Position numbers and translations under genes: made by a program
Source of the DNA: Methanosarcinales archaeon
GTDB taxonomy: Archaea; Halobacteriota; Methanosarcinia; Methanosarcinales; Methanocomedenaceae
NCBI GenBank assembly: GCA_030600695.1
Contig: JAUVLO010000004.1
Location: 1-32,000, forward strand
Direction: 5' to 3'
DNA length: 32,000 nucleotides
Part shown: positions 24,148 through 32,000 of the stretch, piece by piece
Numbering within the stretch: the stretch's first letter is position 1
Layout: every line of letters starts with the position of its first letter
Notes under the pieces: generated by a model
Databases searched by the model: none
The model's input: only the letters and a program-made list of their open reading frames with translations
What the model was told of the DNA's origin: nothing

Positions 24148-24267
24148 CCATCACTGGCACTATATAGTCGTTCTAAACCATCACTGGTACCATATAGTCA
24201 TTCCCAACCACTACTGGTACTGTAATAGTCGTTCTAAACCATCACTGGTACTGCAATAGTTATTATC
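24148..24267. repeat. Tandem repeat, 4 x 30-31 nt, abutting the stop codon of the KaiC-like gene
   Basis: ccatcactggcactatatagtcgttctaaa / ccatcactggtaccatatagtcattcccaa / ccactactggtactgtaatagtcgttctaaa / ccatcactggtactgcaatagttattatc. Confidence 0.9.
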
Positions 24268-25033
24268 AGAATACTGTATAGACCTCTTCGTGCGGATGCA
24301 CAATTACCCCAGTTGTGGTAATTTCATAGGGATGGATCTTCTTGCTGTGGTCAGAGCCGCGCATCTTAAATATTTCAAGGCTGCGCACCCTTACATTTTC
24401 CATCCTCTTGTAATACAGGGCAATAGTCCCCTCGGTCACGAAGTTCTCAACTCCGAAACGACTTGGATGATCATCATCCACAACTTCGGAGGTCATCATT
24501 GAAGTCAGGCCCAGTATTTCCAGGGTGGTGGACAGTTTTAACAGTTCCACACGTATCTTGGCCGGGTCCTGTAGATAGAATCCAATAGATGTGGTGGAAT
24601 CTACTACTGCCCGTTTGGCATCGATCTCTTCCTGGATCATTATGATCTGGTCCATCATGGAACGCATGTCAAAGGGTCTCACGTCAACGTATTTTTCCTG
24701 TGATGGAATACCGATCTTGGTAGACGCCGCATCAATAATGGCAAGTTTCCCCTCATCCTCCAGTTTCTTCAGGTCCCAGCCGAATACTTTTGCATTGTCC
24801 CTGATGTGCTCAGGGCGCTCCTCAGTTGCTACAATAATGCCGTTCTCATTGTATTTGGTGATGCCGTTGTAAATGAATTGAAGCGCAAGAATGGATTTTC
24901 CAGCCCCTGAAGTTCCTGATATCAAGTATGAGTGGTCCCTTAACAGGCCGCCTTCGCAAAGCTCATCAAAACCTTCTATCCCGGTTGGAACGCGGGACAA
25001 TTCATCCTTAACATCGTTTGTATTTCCGTTCAT
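24266..25033 (-). CDS. Single-domain KaiC/RadA-like RecA-superfamily ATPase
   Basis: PTGIEGFDELCEGGLLRDHSYLISGTSGAGKSILALQFIYNG with Walker A and Walker B (AVVDS). 255 aa. Confidence 0.85.
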   Translation of the reverse strand: MNGNTNDVKDELSRVPTGIEGFDELCEGGLLRDHSYLISGTSGAGKSILALQFIYNGITKYNENGIIVATEERPEHIRDNAKVFGWDLKKLEDEGKLAIIDAASTKIGIPSQEKYVDVRPFDMRSMMDQIIMIQEEIDAKRAVVDSTTSIGFYLQDPAKIRVELLKLSTTLEILGLTSMMTSEVVDDDHPSRFGVENFVTEGTIALYYKRMENVRVRSLEIFKMRGSDHSKKIHPYEITTTGVIVHPHEEVYTVF

Positions 25034-25281
25034 TATGATTCATCCGTTGATTTAATAATTATATAATAACACATCTTATATAAAGTCATCATTATAATGA
25101 TAATCCCACACGTTATTATGATAACTTAAGTTATCCCATATATTATAAATCTTAGTACGATATAAAAATAAGTTATACATATTTAGATGAAGTCAAGTAA
25201 TAATTTTAACATGTGGAGTATATTATAAATATATGTATATATCCATATTAATCAGTACATTTTAAAATCCAATTATCTCAA

Positions 25282-25322
25282 CATTTTACTAATACATATC
25301 CCAGCATTTTACTAATACATAT
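25282..25322 (+). promoter_or_regulatory. Two identical 18-nt boxes cattttactaatacatat, 23 nt apart, upstream of pan
   Basis: The boxes lie at 25282-25299 and 25305-25322. A related box is upstream of cdc48 at 31162. Confidence 0.4.
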
Positions 25323-25451
25323 ATCTCACGGATTTATGCCAACGCTAACCGAAATAATTTCAAATCACTGCTGAACAGTGCCTAAAAAGAATTGGGAAAT
25401 AAGATTGTGCCTGCTAACATTTATATCGTATAATATCAATTTTTGTACCAT

Positions 25452-26672
25452 ATGGATAACTCAATAGCCAAACCTTCCGGTAAAACGGGTTTTGTAACTA
25501 CCCCGGATACACAGGATGAAGATATACAATCATTAATTATAAAGATCGAGCAACTTGATGATCAGAACGACCAGCTCCAGAAACGACTACTTGATGCCGC
25601 TGTAGCCAACAGCAATTACCTGCAGACCATACAGAAACTCAAGGAACAGGTAAACCAGTTGAAACTACCACCCCTGTTCATTGCATCAGTAATGGAAGTT
25701 GTCAGTGATATGGCACTGCTGCGCCAGCATGGCAGTAACCAGGAAGTTATCACCCGCATCCCGCCTGAAATGGGAGATGAACTGGAAGCAGGTATGAGGG
25801 TTGCAGTGAATAACGGTTTTGTGATTGTCAAACTACTGGCAAAGCCGGCTGACGTAAGGGCCAGGGTCATGGAACTGATCGAGGCACCAAATGTGGATTA
25901 CAGTTCCATAGGCGGGCTTGACCAGCAGATCCAGGAAGTAGTGGAAACAATTGAACTCCCGCTCACCGATCCGGACCTGTTCAGGGATGTTGGTGTGGAA
26001 CCACCAACAGGCATACTTCTATACGGGCCGCCAGGTAGCGGTAAGACCCTTATTGCCAAGGCGGTGGCCAGCCGGGCCAATGCCACATTCCTCAGGATGT
26101 CAGGTTCTGAACTTGTCCAGAAATACGTAGGAGAAGGTGCAAGGCTGGTACGTGATGTGTTCCAGATGGCAAGGGATAAGGCACCATGTATTGTTTTCAT
26201 AGACGAGATCGATGCCGTGGGCGGGCACAGGACACACGACGGCACCACAGGGTCAGCCGAGGTGAACAGGACCATGGTACAACTCCTGTCCGAGCTGGAT
26301 GGTTTTGAGGAGCGGGGTGAAGTAAAAATAATTGCGGCCACCAATCGTATTGACCTGCTGGACCCTGCCCTGCTGCGGCCGGGACGGTTCGACAGGATCA
26401 TCGAGATACCTATGCCAGATGAAAAAGGCAGGCTGGAAATATTCAAGATACATACCAGGAACATGGCCATGGACAATGATGTTGACCTTGACAAGCTGGT
26501 GAAGATGACCAAGGACCTGAGCGGTGCTGACATAAAGGCCATCGTCACAGAAGCGGGCATGTTCGTGATACGCAGGCGGGACAGGACTATCAAGATGAAT
26601 GATTTTATTGATGCCTACGACAAGGTGATCACTGACGAGCATGAAGAAATCCCGGAAGGCATGTTCGCCTAA
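25452..26672 (+). CDS. pan: Proteasome-activating nucleotidase (PAN)
   Basis: N-terminal coiled coil, OB region, and an AAA module GILLYGPPGSGKTLIAKAVA...IVFIDEIDA...ATNRIDLLDPALLRPGRFDR. I prefer the ATG at 25452 over the TTG at 25443. Confidence 0.9.
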   Translation: MDNSIAKPSGKTGFVTTPDTQDEDIQSLIIKIEQLDDQNDQLQKRLLDAAVANSNYLQTIQKLKEQVNQLKLPPLFIASVMEVVSDMALLRQHGSNQEVITRIPPEMGDELEAGMRVAVNNGFVIVKLLAKPADVRARVMELIEAPNVDYSSIGGLDQQIQEVVETIELPLTDPDLFRDVGVEPPTGILLYGPPGSGKTLIAKAVASRANATFLRMSGSELVQKYVGEGARLVRDVFQMARDKAPCIVFIDEIDAVGGHRTHDGTTGSAEVNRTMVQLLSELDGFEERGEVKIIAATNRIDLLDPALLRPGRFDRIIEIPMPDEKGRLEIFKIHTRNMAMDNDVDLDKLVKMTKDLSGADIKAIVTEAGMFVIRRRDRTIKMNDFIDAYDKVITDEHEEIPEGMFA

Positions 26673-26692
26673 CTCCTGAATAATAAATTGTT

Positions 26693-27295
26693 ATGACCGA
26701 ATTACTAACACCGGATGAGGGGCAGACTGCCCTGGAACTGGCACGTACGGCCATTAAGGAATACTTGGGCAGTGGTGAAGTGATCAAGCCCGAAAGTCTC
26801 CCAGGTATCCCTGAACCCCCAGGTCTCCCACCTGTATTCAAGAATAACAGGGGCGTATTCGTCACTTTAAATAACAGGTCCGGCTCCCGCAGAGAACTGC
26901 GAGGGTGTATTGGCAGGCCCTACCCGGTCATGCCGCTGGGTGAAGCAATTGTGATCTCTGCTATTAATGCTGCTACGGAAGACCCCAGGTTCATGCCTGT
27001 TACTCTCAATGAACTGGAGAATATAGATATCGAGGTCACAGTGCTTACTACGCCGCACCGGCTGGAAGCAAGACCTGAAGAACTGCCCGGTATGATTGAG
27101 GTGGGCAGGCATGGACTGATCGTGCAAAAGGGGCCGTACTCGGGACTATTGCTGCCCCAGGTAGCTGTGGAACATGATTTTGATGCAGAGGAGTTCCTGG
27201 GCCAGACCTGCATGAAGGCGGGATTGTTCCCTGATGCATGGTTCGAGTCTGATACTGAGGTACTTGCCTTTGAAGGGCAGATATTTCATGAGTGA
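26693..27295 (+). CDS. AMMECR1-domain protein
   Basis: GVFVTL...LRGCIG...DPRF.PV...EVTVLT are AMMECR1 motifs. Confidence 0.85.
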   Translation: MTELLTPDEGQTALELARTAIKEYLGSGEVIKPESLPGIPEPPGLPPVFKNNRGVFVTLNNRSGSRRELRGCIGRPYPVMPLGEAIVISAINAATEDPRFMPVTLNELENIDIEVTVLTTPHRLEARPEELPGMIEVGRHGLIVQKGPYSGLLLPQVAVEHDFDAEEFLGQTCMKAGLFPDAWFESDTEVLAFEGQIFHE

Positions 27296-27318
27296 TAATA
27301 AAAGTGCAAGCTATAAAT

Positions 27319-27369
27319 CATGTTAATATTATTGTTATTAATATTCATGTTAATATTATTGTTAATATG
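27319..27369. repeat. Tandem repeat, 2 x ~25 nt, just downstream of the AMMECR1 gene
   Basis: catgttaatattattgttattaatatt / catgttaatattattgttaatatg. Confidence 0.8.
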
Positions 27370-27417
27370 ATATTTGCGGCACAGTTCCAAAATCCAGTGA
27401 TATCAACAATTATATTA

Positions 27418-27627
27418 GACGCAGATTAACGCTGATTAACGCAGATGCAGTATCCACTTTAAATCTAAGGGTAATTTAAAAATTATTAGACAGGATTAAC
27501 AGGATCGACAGGATATACCGCAACGCAACATCCTGTAAATTCTGTAAATCCGGTCAAAATACCATGCTTTTTGAAGTGGATACCAGATGCAACCTTAAAT
27601 CAGCGTAAATCTGCGTGAATCAGCGTC
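27418..27627 (+). repeat. Nested stuttered hairpins: outer CGCAGAT/CGCTGAT arms enclosing an inner ACAGGAT hairpin (27489-27555)
   Basis: Outer arms are gacgcagattaacgctgattaacgcagat and aaatcagcgtaaatctgcgtgaatcagcgtc. The inner hairpin is gacaggattaacaggatcgacaggatat-accgcaacgcaac-atcctgtaaattctgtaaatccggtc. Confidence 0.8.
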
Positions 27628-27688
27628 TTGAAAATAACTGGAAAATGGGACAGTGTCGATATTTGCAAGGAAAAGGAAGTAAAATATA

Positions 27689-27994
27689 ATGGAATTTTGC
27701 CCTAAATGTAAAAGTATGATGATGCCCGCAGGCAGCATGATGAAATGCCGGAAATGCGGTTTTGAGAAAGAGAAGACCAAAAAGATCATTGAAAAAAAAG
27801 AATTCAAGGAAAGAGAGGTCACGGTCCTGGAGGGCGATGAGGCGGCAGGCCTTCCTACTATCAAGGTCAAATGTGAGGAATGTGGTAATAAAACTGCTTA
27901 CTGGTGGCTAAGGCAGCTAAGGTCGGCAGATGAGAGTGAGACCAGGTTCTTCAGGTGCACCAAATGCGGCCGGACCTGGAGAGAGTACGACTAA
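27689..27994 (+). CDS. tfs: Transcription factor S (TFS/RpoM-like)
   Basis: N-terminal Zn ribbon CPKC...CRKC and C-terminal ribbon CEECG...[17 protein letters not shown], with the acidic DE hairpin. Confidence 0.9.
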   Translation: MEFCPKCKSMMMPAGSMMKCRKCGFEKEKTKKIIEKKEFKEREVTVLEGDEAAGLPTIKVKCEECGNKTAYWWLRQLRSADESETRFFRCTKCGRTWREYD

Positions 27995-28058
27995 CAGTTG
28001 CCCACATATTCCAACGTTACCTGCATATTTCAACAGGTATCTGCATATTCCAACAGTT
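27995..28058. repeat. Tandem repeat, about 3 x 19-20 nt, starting at the first base after the tfs stop codon
   Basis: cagttgcccacatattccaa / cgttacctgcatatttcaa / caggtatctgcatattccaa / cagtt. Confidence 0.8.
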
Positions 28059-28250
28059 TTGATCGTGACTATGAAGAGTTAATGCCTACGATGCCGTGAT
28101 GCTTTCCTGAATGTTGCATCATCGTTTGTGATGTTCGTCGTGTATTACAGTGTTCACTCGCGCCACAAACGCAGGTGTCCCCTTTCGTCTTCTTCTATAC
28201 TGTTGTTAGCACAATCTCCCACCATTTTAAACCACTCATGCTGTATATTC

Positions 28251-28655
28251 CTATATTTTATTTCCAGGATATCCTGGCGGTGTTGGCGCAGGAAATTGTG
28301 AACCAACCGATACCACATCTCCACTGTATGTCACGAAAACATTCACACGTTTATGCGTTCCATTAACTATCTTGATCGAAACTTGATACATCTCCTGTCC
28401 ATCGAAAACAGCTTTGCTCACATCGTAAATTTCATAATCGCTGTTATTTACCATAATAAGAGTTCTCGAATCATTTAAGGCAATGGACACAGCATCCTCT
28501 TCACTGATTTCCTTGTTCTCAAGACACCCACTTAACAAAATAGCTATAAATAAAATATAAATAGCAAGTATGGGGATCAGAACCCCATACCGATTGCCTA
28601 ATTCAACAATTTTCTTTCGATCCACATACATCATATTAATCCATCTACGAATCAA
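28251..28655 (-). CDS. Small membrane-anchored hypothetical protein
   Basis: 134 aa with one TM helix (YGVLIPILAIYILFIAILLSG) and a lipobox-like GC, followed by a small soluble domain. Located downstream of mfnA. Confidence 0.5.
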   Translation of the reverse strand: MIRRWINMMYVDRKKIVELGNRYGVLIPILAIYILFIAILLSGCLENKEISEEDAVSIALNDSRTLIMVNNSDYEIYDVSKAVFDGQEMYQVSIKIVNGTHKRVNVFVTYSGDVVSVGSQFPAPTPPGYPGNKI

Positions 28656-28723
28656 TCTTATATGAACGGATCATCCCAGGATATATCTATTGAGCCTTTC
28701 CAGTTACCCACGTATTCCAATAG

Positions 28724-29857
28724 CTACCCACATATTCCCTCAAGGTCATCCAGGAACTCATCCATCGCACTTTCACTAAGGTGCGGCATTATTACCAGTC
28801 TCATTCCCACCGGGTCCCGTGTTATTGACGTGGACCAGCCTTTTTTGGCAAGAGCCTGCCTTACAGCAGCAGTATCGCCCACGTCCAGTACCACCACGTT
28901 CATCACAGGGTCAACCAACGGCTCCACACCAAAACCCCTTGCACGCTCAACCAGCCGATGGGTCAGTCCCATGCAGTAATCCATCAGACTGCGGTATCCT
29001 TCCATACCAAGATGCCTCATAACAGCATATGAAGCTGCGACCACTGCCCCGCTGTGGGTCCCGCTTAGGGAATGCTGGGTATCGATGGTCAGGTAGGGTG
29101 TCCTGGTTTGCAGCCCTTCCAGGTGGGATGGGTCCCGAAACATCAGTCCACCTGCCGGAATGGTGCACAGTCCCATCTTATGTGGGTCGGCTGTCATGGA
29201 AGATACTCCTGGCAACCTGAAATCAAAATCATATTCCCTGTCAAGGAAGGGGATCACAAAGGCCCCGAATGCCGCATCCACATGCATGAACAGTTTCCTC
29301 TCCACAGCTATATCAGAAAGTTCCTTAATGGGATCGATCTGCCCGAATTCGGTAGTACCTGCTATACCCACAATTGCAACCGTATTGTCATCGATCAGCG
29401 ACTCCACCGACCCCGGGTCCACCCTGAAGCTGTCATCAAGTCCTGCCTTACGCAGTTCCATCTTCAAAATGTCAGCTATTTTATCGAATGAAAAATGTGC
29501 AGACTCGGGCACCACGATATTAGGCTTTGTACTCATTCCCGAATTCCTGGCAGCCCGTATGGCCTGTATATTGGATTCGGTGCCGCCGGTAGTAATATAG
29601 CCATGCACTGATGGGTCACCAAGCATACCACCCAGCATCCTGACTACCTTACATTCCAGTTCTTGAGTGCCAGGGAACAGCCCCGCATCACCCAGGTTGG
29701 TCTCGAAAAACATCTCGTGCGCAGCAACTGCGATTGGATGCGGGCGGGTGCACATGGCGCTTAACACCCGGTCATAGGATAGGTCCTTTGCCCTGTAACT
29801 TTCAAGCCTGTCCAGGATATCGTGTCTGGTCTCGCCCTTATCTCTCATATGTTGCAA
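28724..29857 (-). CDS. mfnA: L-tyrosine/L-aspartate decarboxylase MfnA (PLP, group II decarboxylase)
   Basis: ...SAMCTRPHPIAVAAHEMFFETNLGD...GYITTGGTESN...HVDAAFGAF...SMTADPHKMG carries the PLP Lys motif. Confidence 0.85.
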   Translation of the reverse strand: MQHMRDKGETRHDILDRLESYRAKDLSYDRVLSAMCTRPHPIAVAAHEMFFETNLGDAGLFPGTQELECKVVRMLGGMLGDPSVHGYITTGGTESNIQAIRAARNSGMSTKPNIVVPESAHFSFDKIADILKMELRKAGLDDSFRVDPGSVESLIDDNTVAIVGIAGTTEFGQIDPIKELSDIAVERKLFMHVDAAFGAFVIPFLDREYDFDFRLPGVSSMTADPHKMGLCTIPAGGLMFRDPSHLEGLQTRTPYLTIDTQHSLSGTHSGAVVAASYAVMRHLGMEGYRSLMDYCMGLTHRLVERARGFGVEPLVDPVMNVVVLDVGDTAAVRQALAKKGWSTSITRDPVGMRLVIMPHLSESAMDEFLDDLEGICG

Positions 29858-29886
29858 CCAAAGGTAAGCAGTATTGTTAAATTATT

Positions 29887-31107
29887 CTATTCTGTATCAA
29901 GGTGCGTCCTTGCTGTTTCTTCTGCCCTGCGCATCAGGTCCTTCACCTGCAATCCCGTCTCCTGTGCGATGCGCCTGCAATCCTCGAATTCAGCAGAAAT
30001 ATTCAGCACATTCCCCTTATTGTCACAACCCACCTTTACCTGTACCTGGTATGGCCTGCCCGAGACCTGTATCCCTATATCCATCATCCTGCGCAGAGCA
30101 GTAAGCCTGTGCCTGACAGGGATTTGCCGCACTCCCAGGCTTCCGGTCACTGCAATGATCTTATGCGCCAGCCTGTGGGCATCTTCATACCTGCAGACCA
30201 CCTTGATCAAAAATCCACTCCTTCCTTTCTTCATAGTAGCAGGTATCACAGAGACATCCAGTGCACCGTCATCCATCAGTTCCTGTATAAGGTATCCCAC
30301 AATCTCCCCCGTCACATCATCGACATTGGTCTCCAGCATCTCTACGTGGTCAACGGCCAGCCCGGCATCAAGCCCGCCCAGCACCGAGCGCAGCACATTG
30401 GGCATACCAGTCTCTTTCGAACCTGCCCCATATCCTGTAACAGACGAGGTCATTTGGGGATATTCCGGGCAAGGTGAGCCGTACTTCCCTGTCAGGTACG
30501 CCAGTATGGCAGCACCTGTCGGTGTAAGCAGTTCGTGCTCTACCGGCCCCCCGCGCCATACCAGGTTCGATGAATCCAGTATGGAAAGAGTTGCCGGGGC
30601 CGGTACCGGCAGCAGCCCGTGCGCTGTGTCAACATACCCGCCGCCCACAGAAACCGGCATGCACAATACCCGGGACCGGGGCAGTTCCAGGTCATGGAAC
30701 GCCGACACTGCACCCACAATATCAGCAACGGCATCCTGCTGCCCCATCTCATGCAGGTGCAGCTCATCCAGTGGCGTACCGTGTACCCCGGATTCGGCTT
30801 TGCCCATCAGTTCCAGTATGCCCAGCACGTCCTGTTCCACCTGCCGGGGCAGTCCGGCAGACTCTATTTGCTCCACCATCCGGGCGTATGTCTGCCTGGT
30901 GTCTGAGTGCTGGACCACTTCCACTTTAATTGCAGATAACAGCCCTTGCTTAACTTCGGATATACTAACCGTGACGTCTGCTGTCGATTCCATTGCCTCT
31001 TTAACCAATTCTTTATTGGCACCCAGGCCCAGCAGGCTCCCGATAAACATATCTCCTGATGCCCCTGAAAATGGGTCCAGTACAATAACTCTTGATGTCA
31101 TGTCCAT
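29887..31107 (-). CDS. larC: LarC-family (DUF111) nickel insertion protein
   Basis: VLDPFSGASGDMFIGSLLGLG...HLHEMG..D..ADIVG...CMPVSVGGGYV...TPTGAAIL. I prefer the ATG at 31107 within track ORF 29887..31164. Confidence 0.85.
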   Translation of the reverse strand: MDMTSRVIVLDPFSGASGDMFIGSLLGLGANKELVKEAMESTADVTVSISEVKQGLLSAIKVEVVQHSDTRQTYARMVEQIESAGLPRQVEQDVLGILELMGKAESGVHGTPLDELHLHEMGQQDAVADIVGAVSAFHDLELPRSRVLCMPVSVGGGYVDTAHGLLPVPAPATLSILDSSNLVWRGGPVEHELLTPTGAAILAYLTGKYGSPCPEYPQMTSSVTGYGAGSKETGMPNVLRSVLGGLDAGLAVDHVEMLETNVDDVTGEIVGYLIQELMDDGALDVSVIPATMKKGRSGFLIKVVCRYEDAHRLAHKIIAVTGSLGVRQIPVRHRLTALRRMMDIGIQVSGRPYQVQVKVGCDNKGNVLNISAEFEDCRRIAQETGLQVKDLMRRAEETARTHLDTE

Positions 31108-31161
31108 ATTGCTAACCAGATAGCTTTTATTGGAAAAATACTTATATGTACCCAATAAACA

Positions 31162-31190
31162 CATTTTACTAATAAATACATTTTATAAAT
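31162..31190 (+). promoter_or_regulatory. cattttactaataaatac box plus the partial repeat cattttataaat, upstream of cdc48
   Basis: Shares the exact 13-mer cattttactaata with the two boxes upstream of pan. It lies about 40-55 nt upstream of the proposed TTG start. Confidence 0.4.
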
Positions 31191-31218
31191 TATTATAAAT
31201 TGACAGGACGGAAAACAA

Positions 31219-32000
31219 TTGGAGCCAATTCAACTTAAAGTCACAAAAGCATATCCCACTGATTCTTCGAAAGGCATTGCCAGGATAGATCCCCATACCA
31301 TCCAGAAACTTCAGATATCTGTCGGCGACTTTGTTTTCCTTGAAGGTACAAAAACCACTGTTGCCAAGGTCTGGAGAGCAGATCAACCTGACTGGGACAC
31401 CAATAGTATAAGGATCGACGGTTATGCGCGCCAGAATGCGGGTGTTGGACTGGGCGAGCAGGTGTCAGTAACAAGAGCTGTACCAAAGGATGCAAAAAAG
31501 GTCGTCTTGGCCCCTGCTGAAGGAGAGGCGATCCAGCTCGGTGGTTCGGCAGATGTACTTGTTAAACGCCAGATATCAAAGCGGGTTCTTATGGAAGGTG
31601 ACATAATACCGGTTGTCAGTACTGTTGGCCAACCCATAGTTGGCCAGATGAACACGGGTCAGACCATACGCCTGGTAGCCGTGGAAGTGGAACCGGAAGG
31701 TGCAGTCATAATCAAGGATACGACCGAGATAGAACTGCTGGAGAAGCCTGCCACTGGTTATGATATAGTGGCCAGTACAGGAATTACATATGAGGACCTG
31801 GGGGGCCTGGGTGAACAGATACAGCGCCTTCGTGAGTTGATAGAACTGCCCCTGAAACATCCTGAAGTGTTCACAAAACTTGGTATCAGTGCACCCCAGG
31901 GTGTTTTGATGCACGGGCCGCCCGGTACTGGCAAGACTATGATAGCCAGGGCCGTGGCTAATGAAAGTGGTGCAAAATTCCATTCTATTGCAGGCCCGGA
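31219..32000 (+). CDS. cdc48: Cdc48/VCP-like AAA+ ATPase; 3' end lies outside the window
   Basis: Not in the ORF track because it is open at the window end. TTG at 31219 follows an in-frame TGA at 31201. Reads MEPIQLKVTKAYPTDSSKGIARIDPHTIQKLQISVGDFVFLEG... (Cdc48 N domain), and the end of the window shows GVLMHGPPGTGKTMIARAVANE. Confidence 0.85.
   Translation, partial: MEPIQLKVTKAYPTDSSKGIARIDPHTIQKLQISVGDFVFLEGTKTTVAKVWRADQPDWDTNSIRIDGYARQNAGVGLGEQVSVTRAVPKDAKKVVLAPAEGEAIQLGGSADVLVKRQISKRVLMEGDIIPVVSTVGQPIVGQMNTGQTIRLVAVEVEPEGAVIIKDTTEIELLEKPATGYDIVASTGITYEDLGGLGEQIQRLRELIELPLKHPEVFTKLGISAPQGVLMHGPPGTGKTMIARAVANESGAKFHSIAGP

Noticed and set aside
24148-24267. Possible CRISPR array (about 30-nt repeats)
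   Set aside because: The units are contiguous with no spacers and diverge progressively. No cas genes or leader are present. It is a plain tandem repeat.
25898-26593. 231-aa minus-strand ORF, plus 26253..26642
   Set aside because: They are antisense to pan, whose AAA+ motifs are unambiguous.
29822-31123. 433-aa + strand ORF, the longest unexplained ORF in the track
   Set aside because: It is fully antisense to the well-supported larC gene. The translation is Ser/Pro/Thr/Cys-rich low complexity with no motifs, which is typical of a shadow ORF on GC-biased third positions.

Overview
The window looks like archaeal chromosomal DNA. The gene content is methanogen/ANME-like (Methanosarcinales-type): MptD, MfnA, archaeal Pth2, Dph5, PAN, TFS, Cdc48 and LarC. 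This assignment is an inference from family signatures read by eye, since no searches could be run.

I support about 33 CDS and one tRNA-Gly(UCC). There are three type II toxin-antitoxin modules: RelE-family toxin plus antitoxin, HicB-HicA, and VapBC in which the VapC PIN toxin is cut by an in-frame TAA. There are also several decayed gene remnants: a PaaK-like C-terminus, two Wzx-flippase-like pieces, and an ISL3-like transposase tail.

No CRISPR array, rRNA, integrase or intact transposase is visible.

The most unusual signal is non-coding.
1. Families of roughly 150-220 bp direct repeats bracket the relE and hicBA cassettes in a repeat-cassette-repeat layout, one pair next to the tRNA-Gly.
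2. A superfamily of 'stuttered' hairpins has arms built from 2-3 tandem heptamer units with a 9-10 nt period. The architecture and an ACCGCA foot are conserved, but the unit sequence differs between copies (ACAGGAT, CGCAGAT, CGCAGAG, GCAAAG). The G:T pairs fall on one strand only.
3. Short tandem repeats sit exactly at gene 3' ends and inside two genes, where they encode repeat peptides.

Other notable items:
- An unusually long KamA-family radical SAM protein.
- An acylphosphatase domain fused to a 7/11-residue repeat region.
- An AT-rich islet carrying an orphan two-TM gene.
- A motif shared upstream of the two AAA+ unfoldase genes (pan and cdc48).

All identities and percentages are eyeballed, not computed.
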